The notes under the pieces: generated by a model | What the model was told of the DNA's origin: nothing | The model's database searches: none | The model's input: the letters and a program-made list of their open reading frames with translations, nothing else | Position numbers and translations under genes: made by a program | Part shown: positions 54,710 to 64,000 of the stretch, in pieces | Layout: every line of letters begins with the position of its first letter | Numbering within the stretch: the first letter of the stretch is position 1 | Origin: Octopus vulgaris | Lineage: Eukaryota | DNA: 64,000 nt | NCBI GenBank assembly: GCA_951406725.2 | Contig: OX597819.1 | Span: forward strand, 16,554,001 to 16,618,000 | Direction of reading: 5' to 3'

Positions 54710-54753
<44 letters not shown>

Positions 54754-55659
54754 CATGCATGTGTAAGTATGCACATGTATAATTTTAATATGCCACACAT
54801 AATTATAAACTATATATGAATATGTAAACACTTATTCACACTTGATGTTATATATGCACACATCCACACATCCACATGTGATAAATTATATATGTATATG
54901 CAAACACAAACTTATGTACATATATACATGTACACATATACATACTTGTGATAGATTTACTTTAGATATATATATATATATATGTACATGTGTGTGTATA
55001 CACACACACACACACACACACACATACGCGCACGCACACACACATACACACACATATACATAGTGTTTTTGTGTTTTTATCTTTTAATTATTTTAAAATT
55101 TTAAAAATCAAAGTCATATTGCTTTACCGATATTGTTGGCACCGTGTTTTAGCAAAAAAAGATCAAATTTATACACACACTTACAGTCAAACATTATATA
55201 ACACTTAACTTCAACCATTTAGAATAATGTGGTTGTGTGGATGTGGGGGGGCGTATAAAAAAAAAAATAACAAGATTTTGTGGGAGTAATTATTATTTTT
55301 TTTTTGGTGGGGCAGGGATTGAGAAACAATTAATTTGGCTCTGTATACCCTTCATTTAATGAAGGGGTCCAGTTTATTGTTCCTTTTCTTCACATTTATT
55401 TTTAAATACCCAAAAAAAAAAAGGAAAAATGTTTTTGTCTTTTTTTTTCTTTCTTTTGAAAAAAGATTGCGTCATTGTTTGGTTTAATTATTTTTATTTA
55501 TATAATTTTTAAAACCGCACACATGCTTCACACATATGCACGCACACATGCAGACACATATTGCATGCATACACACTCATACACAAGAAAAAACAACAAC
55601 AAAACAACAACAGAAAAAAATTTTTGTTATAAAAATTTTTAAAGTCACGTGTGTATATT

Positions 55660-55891
55660 ATATATATATATATATATAACATGATAGATATATATGGTAT
55701 ATATATATGTGTATATATATATATCATGATATATATATATATATATATATCATGATAGATATATATGGTATATATATATGTGTATATATATATATCATGA
55801 TATATATATATATATATATATCATGATAGATATATATGGTATATATATATATATATCTAAATATATATTGTATAATAATATGAACATCATG

Positions 55892-55924
<33 letters not shown>

Positions 55925-55999
55925 CATACATCATGATAAATATATATGGTATATATATCTAAATATATATTGTATAATAATATGAACATCATGATATAT

Positions 56000-56056
<57 letters not shown>

Positions 56057-56066
56057 ATATATATAT
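55660..56066. repeat. (TA)n-derived higher-order minisatellite
   Basis: Repeated catgatagatatatatggtatatatat blocks and a duplicated tctaaatatatattgtataataatatgaacatcatg. Confidence 0.88.
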
Positions 56067-56539
56067 AAGCAATAATAAATCAAAATTAAAAGAAAAATTG
56101 TCCAAATATTTTGTTTTAATTATTTATCATTTTTAAGTTTTTTTCAATACAATTTTTTAAAATATTTTTTGTCATTTAAATATGTGGATAATTTTGTTCT
56201 ATAAATCTGCAGCCCCTTCACACCCCACCATGAATTGGTTTTCTTTGGTTTATTACTTTATTCTCACCTTTTTTTTTTCTTTATACATTTGAGTGGAAGT
56301 GGGGGTGGGGGAAGATTAATTAAAAAGGCGGGATGAAGATATAATAATAATAATGATAATAATAAAAACAGCAATTAAATAATGTTGGTTCAGGTGCGGG
56401 TGAACAGTGGTGTTGTGGTGTGAAAGGGAGGAGGGTTGATTGGAAAAATTAGAATGGCAATTCTCATGTTTCAAGTTTTCAGTTAAAATGTTTTATTTTA
56501 ATTTTAAATGTGATTTAAAATGATCGTCATAGAAACAGC

Positions 56540-56570
<31 letters not shown>

Positions 56571-57141
56571 TGTATATGCATGGATATGTTTATATACAAA
56601 CACACATATACGAACATACATATATCATATATATGTACATATAATATATGGATGTAGTTAATGTAAAGAAATGGTATAATAATAATAATAATAATCATAA
56701 TCATAATAATAATAATAACAATAATTGTAAAGTATTTAATCCTGCATTCAACATCTTCACATTTTGGGAAGTCCACCAAATATTGTGTGTTTGTATGTGT
56801 GTGTGAGTGCATTTGTGTATATGTATGTGTGTGTGTTTGTATGTATGTATATACTCATATTGAAATATGTACATTTCTATGTACATGTAAGTGTATATAC
56901 ATAGATTCTTCTATAAATATACACACACATACATACACACACACACATTGTGTGTGTATATATATATATATATTTGTATGAGTGCGTGTATATTTTTCTT
57001 TAAAAGTTATCAGAGTCAACCAAATGTCCTCAACTTATGAATTGAAAATCTGAAAAAAAAAATTGAAATTAAACAGACCAAAAAAAAAAAGAGAAATAAA
57101 AATAAATTAAATAAAAAATATTAAAATAAATAAAATTTAAA

Positions 57142-57178
<37 letters not shown>

Positions 57179-57688
57179 GCACCTATCTCAAAAGCTGTGT
57201 GTCTGTTGCTAGATTTTAGTTTGAACTGTTGTGTTTGTGGATGTAATAATGTAGTTTAATTGTTTACAGTAAAATTAATACTGGTACTTCACCTTATTAA
57301 CACCATCATCCAGATTCTGCATGCTGGGTTTGAACTGACAACTTCCACAACCTTCTAGTAAGTGTAGAAGTTATAATGCAGTTGGACATTAACTTTGTCT
57401 CATTAGGCTCAGATATAAAGGAAAGCTTATTAGACTAAAGCCAGTGCTTGAATGTAACTTGTTTTATTGACCCTGAGAGGGTGAAAGGCAAAGTCAACTT
57501 TGATGGGATTTGAACCCAGAAACAAAGAGCTCCAAGAATATACCAAAAGCTATTTTGTCTGACACACCAACTATTCCCTCAATCTGCTACATTTGGTTAG
57601 TCTATAAGTATTGCTACTTATAAGGGCATGTAGAAGACAGTTGAACCCCATCATGTTAATCCTGAGGCTCTATGCTTTTATGGAAAAA

Positions 57689-57723
<35 letters not shown>

Positions 57724-59614
57724 TCCTTCATCATCCTTAGCTCTGCCCACATGCTTACAAATTAAGGCTTTGAGCTCAAGAAATTTTCAATACAGCACAG
57801 ATAAATATATCACCATTCTTATGAAAATTAACAAGGAACTATCATCATCATCATCATTTGTTCAATACCCATTGAAAATCTCATCCAAAGGAGTGTGGGT
57901 TGGTTGTACAGATCTGAGATACCAAATAACTGTGCAATGCAACATTAATTTATATATTTTATCCAAAAATTTTTACATAGTCAGAAAGAGGATTGCAGCA
58001 CATATGGCGTTCCTGTAGGATCTCTGAGACTGATGAGAAAAGGGAAGCTCTTAGTATTCTCAGACTAGGTCTGAATTCCTGCAACACATTAAACTCTGCT
58101 AAATACACCTAATGAGTGTATTGGTGGTGGTGTTTAACTTGGAGACATTAAGTCTAATTCCTTAAGATGGATACAACAGAGCAGGCTTTCCTAAATACAG
58201 TTAAAGACAAGATGGTGTTAATCTGGAAGTGTGGACTGAATCTATCAACCACAAACAGATATACAATCCATCAATTGGGCTTTTGTACAGTTTCCATCAA
58301 TTTAATTTCACTCACAAGGCTTGAGTAGAATTGAAGATTCATCCCTCAAAAGGGAACAAACCTAAAAACTATGTGATTGTGAAGAAAATGTCTTAACCAT
58401 ACACACACACACCAAGTCTATTCTAAAATGTCTATACTACAAGATTTCCTTCCAATATTAGCATTTGAGATCCAATAAACTGGTGCCAGTCTGTCTTCAA
58501 TGTATCTCTTCCCATTGATATATTACACTAACAGCTAACACTCATCTTCCCACCAGTCTCTTTCAATGTTTATCATCCATGTGACCTGCATAGTTCTGTT
58601 AGTGACTTTGCTGAATCCAGTCACATTCACTCAACACATACCCTGAACCTATGATCCTCAGCTTGTGTGCCATTTAATGAAAACAGTTTTGACATTAATT
58701 CAAATGAAAACTAGGTCCTCTTTGTTTTTAAAGTATATTTGGGTTGTTGATTGCACCTCAGTTGTCCAGCTTCTCATCATCACATATGCCCAACCATGAA
58801 TTAAGGTCACTACATCATATCACACACACACAAACATACCTGCATACACTGGTGTCTTTCTGGCAAAGAAAACCTTGAATCCAGTAATCAAATGATGATG
58901 ATGATAAAAATGATGATGATGTGTGATTTTGTTTGGTTTCAATAATAACAATAATAATAAATAAAAATAAATTGGAGCACAATGCTGACAAAAACAACCC
59001 ACACCTCTTCCTAACTGGAATGTAAATTTGGCTACTGTGAGATATGAACCCAATCAATAATGTAAACCCAGTAAGGTTATTTTCCCCTTTCAATTTCCCC
59101 ATTTTGTATTGGAGTAAAACAATAAAACCATACAGTTTCAACTGTTGTTATTTAGCCGCAGATTGGCCCTGAGTGAATGGACCAATCAAAGAAGATACTT
59201 CAGCCATGACCATGCTGACTTGCCCCAAACACCACCATTTTTACAGGCTTATTCAGTGTCCTTACAGCAGGTTGTGGTGTGTAACCAAGCTTTATGGATA
59301 ATTTTATTCAACTGCATTAGTGGATATGGTTGCCTAAAGGGTTTTAAATAAACAACACCTTCATTATTGGTTTCCATCATTTCCATTTCAAAACCTTAAT
59401 CCCAGTAAAGAAAAAAAAAAAGGGGGGGGGTTCTACATAACTGCTAATTACAGAAGCTGACTTTAGAAGACATTCTAAAAGTTAGGACAAGATATCCACA
59501 TCCCTCTTCCCATACAAATGTGTTGGTCATTTTCACTGGATACATGTGTCAAAGTCCACAATGGCTCTTGACAATTTGTATATGACCAGAAAAACATAGA
59601 TGTGAGAAAATAAT

Positions 59615-60006
59615 CTTTTCTACACTAGGCACAAGGCCTGAAATATTGGGGGCAGGGGCAGGCCAGTCGATTAGATCGACCCCGGTATGCAACTGGTACT
59701 TAATTTATCAACCCCAAAAGGATGAAAGGCAAAGTCGACCTTGGCGGAATTTGAACTTAGAACGTAAAGACGGGTAAAATACCTATTTCTTTACTACCCA
59801 CAAGGGGCTAAACAAAGACAGACACATGGATTAAGTCGATTATATCGACCCCAGTGCATAACTGGTACTTATTTAATCGACCCCGAAAGGATGAAAGGCA
59901 AAGTCGACCTCAGCAGAATTTGAACTCAGAACGTAACGGCAGACGAAATACTGCTAAGCATTTCGCCTGGTGTGCTAACGTTTCTGCCAGCTCGCCACCT
60001 TAGCTC
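59615..60006 (-). mobile_element. Same SINE family as 13578-13798, with an internally duplicated body and a 12-bp TSD
   Basis: Two copies of the gaccccgaaaggatgaaaggcaaagtcgacc...tttgaactcagaacgtaa block. Flanked by tgagaaaataat at 59603-59614 and 60007-60018. Confidence 0.85.
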
Positions 60007-61484
60007 TGAGAAAATAATGAAGACTTAACTATGTTGATTGTTGTTGTGAATGAGTAAATGCATACATCTGTAATGAGAGCAGAAGGCTTTGTGGTTACAG
60101 GATTTGGCCTATGGTCGTAACGTGAGTTTGAATCCTGCTGGTGCATTGCGTTCTTGAGTAAGACACTTTATTTCCCTTTGCTCCATTTCACTCAGCTGGC
60201 AAAAATGAGTGGTACCTGTAATTCAAAGAGTCAACCTTGTCACACTCTTTGTCACACTGAATCTTCCTGAGAACTACACTGAGAGTGCGTGTCTGGAGTA
60301 CTCAGCCACTTGCACATTAATTTCACAAGCAGGATGTTCCACTGACTGGATCAACCAAAACCCATGTCACTGTAACCGACAGAGTGCCAATTTGTCCTTT
60401 TTTTCTTTTTTACATTTGTATATGTGTGGTGTCTGTCTTCATTGATCTGGGCTAAAGGGACTTGGCAGACCCTCCAATATATTCACTTCTATATACATAA
60501 ATGCAGGTATGTATAAATGCATGTGTATCAAGTGTCTTGCATATCTAATGACAAAATGAACCAAAGTAGAATTCAAAGTTAGATTCATTGACGACCCTTG
60601 GGCAAGATACAGCAAAGCATCTAACAAGGATGCCTGACCCCTATTTTTACTCCATAGCAAATAACAATTTCTAACAAGCAAAAGGACAGAAATCTGTGGG
60701 GTGGAGGGCAATTGATTATAGCAAGCCTAGTATTTGGCTTATACTTATTAATGACCACAGATAAATGAAAGTAGAAAATGATGTTGGTAGGATTTGAACT
60801 CAGAATGTTAAAGAAGTATGATAAAAATTGCAAGGCAATTTATCCACCACTCTACTAAAAAAACAAAACCACAAGACACGGGACCTCATGTTCTAACAAT
60901 TTTTCCAGCCACCTTAATAATGATAGCAATGATAATTTTTTTTTTCACACAATGCCACAAGTTAATGAAATACATAGCCAATATAATTGAACCCAAAGAT
61001 GTGACTGGTACACATCAGCACTGACGAGATTTAAGCTTACAATTTAGCAGGACGGAACCAAATACAAAAAGTCACTTAGTCTTATATTCCTGTTTCTGCT
61101 ACCACACAACACAGTTGTAGTAGTAATATTAATTTCATACAGAGGCACAAGGCCACAAATGAGTGTGTGTGGGAGGTGGGGTTAGTCAATTTTATCAACC
61201 CAAAGATCCACCTGGTATTGATCCTCAAAATGAGGAAAAGCAAACTCTGTGGGTTTTGAACTCAAAACATAATGGACCCCAATTCACTACTGCAAGGCAT
61301 TTGTCCAATGTCCTAATGATTCTGCCAACAATGTCTAAAGCTTGTTGCTTGGTCTATTGGCAACAAATACTTCTACCAATCCTAATCAAAGACTTAATTT
61401 GAAAAAGGCAGGCATTTGGTGCCTAAACAAGAAATTATGAGTGGTGCCACTCCTCAGCTAAGACACAGCCAGTTCTGTGTCCTT

Positions 61485-61512
61485 GAGAGAGAGGGAGAGG
61501 GAGGGAGGGAGG

Positions 61513-61582
<70 letters not shown>

Positions 61583-61600
61583 AAGAGAGAGGGAGAAAGA
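61485..61600. repeat. (GA)n/(GGGA)n polypurine microsatellite
   Basis: Visible directly in the sequence. Confidence 0.95.
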
Positions 61601-64000
61601 AAGCACCAGTTTTCCATTAATACATTATTATCGATCTGATCATAGTGAGATTTGAACCCATAGTGCAGAGAGCCACAGCAAATACTCAAAGTATTCTATG
61701 TTCTGCTAATTTGCCACATTATACTACTATGGCTGCTACTACCACAAATGTTTATAACATAAGCAAAAAGTCTGAAATTTTACCAGACTGGGCTCAGAAT
61801 GTAAAGAAGTTGAAGAAATACCATGAGGTACACTTTTCCTAAAATGAACAATTCTGACAATCCACTGGTCTCAATAATAATGATGATGATGATGATAGTT
61901 ACTAACACCAGCAGATGCAAGTTGATTAATAAAACAAAGTAACTGCAGCACTTGTAACATTACTAACAATCTAGGGTTGCTGTGCCTTCTATCGAAAACC
62001 GTCAAGTAATAGTTTATTGAATCAATACTCCTCAGAGTATTACTGGTACTTCTTTTATTGACTCCCAAAGGAACAAAGGGCAAAGTTGGCCCTGGCAGGA
62101 TTTGAACATCAAAATTTGTGGCCTTTACTGGTTAGATTTACTTCTTAGAGTAACTAAGAGCAACACTTATCATCTGAAACACAACACACACACACTGAAT
62201 GATTATAAAAACAAGATGAGATGTTGTAGTATTCAAGCCTTTACAAGAAGCATTAGGAGTGGTTGTGAACTGACTCCAACTGAAGATTGAAACCAAGGAC
62301 ATCGGTTACTGAGATATTAACTTGTATCAACATCCTCCATTATGATCCAATAATAATGATGATGATGATAATTTCTTACATAGGCACAAAATTTTCCTTT
62401 GTAAGGGTGGGGTTTCAGTTGATTATATCAGCACCAGTATATGACTGGTGGAGATTTTAATAACTGTCCACCTAGGAAGAAAGGCAAAGTCAACATTATT
62501 GGGACTTGAACTCAGAATGTTGAAAGATGTAAAGACATATCATAAAGCATTTTTATCTGGTGGATCAACAAAGATATTGCCCATGAGAGCAAAACATACA
62601 TATCAAACAAAAAAAAACCCCAACAAAAATCACCCTCCCCCCATTTAATGTTGAACTTGAAACCACAACTTCAAGAGTTTTTTTCTCTACCAACAGAGCT
62701 GATTGAGAGGCTCCAGACTTGAAATATCAAGAAATTATATCAACCCTAGTACTCAAGTTTGTTCTTTATTTTATGGAGCTCAGAAAAGGATGAGAGGCAA
62801 AACTGACCCCCTCAGCAGGCTTTAGGTTTAGTAAACACCCCCACCCAAATACTGCTGGGTATTTTGTCTGATACAGTAACATTCTGTTTTCCCTCAGCCT
62901 TGTGTAATGATGATGATGATGATGATATAAACCTAATTTAGGCACAAGGCCAACAATTTTGAGATGACAGGGGATACAGTAGGTTGAATTGACTGGCACT
63001 ACTATTATACTACTACTACTACTACTAATAATAATAATAACAATAATGATCATATCTGTTTGGAATGCAGGCAAGTGTAAGTATGAAGTTGTGGAGTTCA
63101 TTCTAAGCCCAGATAATACAAAATATATAAGGCAGCCAAGGAAATAAGATAAACAAGCAAACATAAAATAAAGAAAAATGAAATATGTAAAACAAAAGAT
63201 AATTAAATATAGATTAAGTTAAAATCACAAGTTAACAAAATATTGCTAATTATTGCTCATTACATATTGCTTACATATATACATTTATACATACACACAC
63301 ACACACATATATATATAGACACACAAACACAAATATAGAAATGCAGGCATGTGAGAGTGTGTATGTGTGTGTGTGCATTAATATGCATAAACATAGATTT
63401 ACTTTTGTTTAGTCTAAGGGCCAAGGTTTTGTAAAAGCACAGCCTATTGTTGATTGAATAAACTCCAGCCAATATATCACTGGTGCTTATTGACACTGGA
63501 AGAAATACTGAACAGGCAAAAATCAACTGCCTCTCATATTTACATGCACACATATACATACATACATACACATGCATACATACAAATCCTTTTTTTCCAC
63601 ATGATTTGGTCAGAAGAGAAATGGGAAGTGCCCAAGAGAGTTTACAGAGTTACTGACAGTGGTTGGAAAATACAAATCCACAGATAAAATACATCTCGTG
63701 TGTGTGTTTGTGTGCATGGATGTACAAGCATGGCTATGCAGTTAAGTACACTCAGCAGCCACATGTTTCTGGGTCTGATCTAACTACATGGTACGCAAAA
63801 ACCATGCAGATGCTGTCCAGCTTATGTGCATGCACACACACACATTGTTACACATGAATCACATTCATTGAATATAGGACAGAAAAACAACATAAACACA
63901 TTTTTATTGAGCTGGGAATCATCAAAGTGAATATATGCAGTGTATATAAATTGTATGGGCACAAAAACAAAAAGACAAGCTGCTGAGGCATTGGACTATA

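Noticed and set aside
54540-54710. Complex island considered as an intronic pre-miRNA
   Set aside because: I could not identify a long hairpin or a known mature sequence by eye.
62280-62325. CTGAAGA...AACC/GGTT...GAGA hammerhead-like string
   Set aside because: Core register and stems I and III are unconvincing.
44374-64000. Search for the RRM1/RRM2 exons of msi
   Set aside because: No RNP1/RNP2-like peptides were found, so they presumably lie upstream of the window. Very short exons could have been missed.

Overview
AT-rich eukaryotic DNA dense in microsatellites and retroposons. The repeat families suggest an octopus or other coleoid cephalopod; this is inferred from recall, with no database search. 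The only host coding content I can support is the 3' half of a Musashi-family (msi / MSI1/2-like) RNA-binding protein gene on the minus strand. Three phase-compatible coding exons (44373-44155, 19677-19490, 18515-18474) splice to '...GFSSFGYLP...RTT-V-LNSFAPPASF...SPGPIELY...SPQPSGFG...NR-GPLITASYHNGYH*'. A donor follows 47 nt after the stop and a probable non-coding 3'UTR exon starts at 16137. The RRM exons lie upstream of the window. The introns contain a dead full-length mariner, a fold-back Tc1/mariner derivative with ~380-bp arms, MITEs, many tRNA-derived SINEs, LINE remnants and Penelope-type minimal hammerhead motifs, including an inverted pair. The region downstream of the stop holds three degenerate tandem arrays and a 255-bp direct repeat. 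Almost all ORFs in the supplied track are microsatellite artefacts. I found no clearly new multi-gene system; the best leads concern msi splicing, intronic dsRNA and ribozyme motifs.
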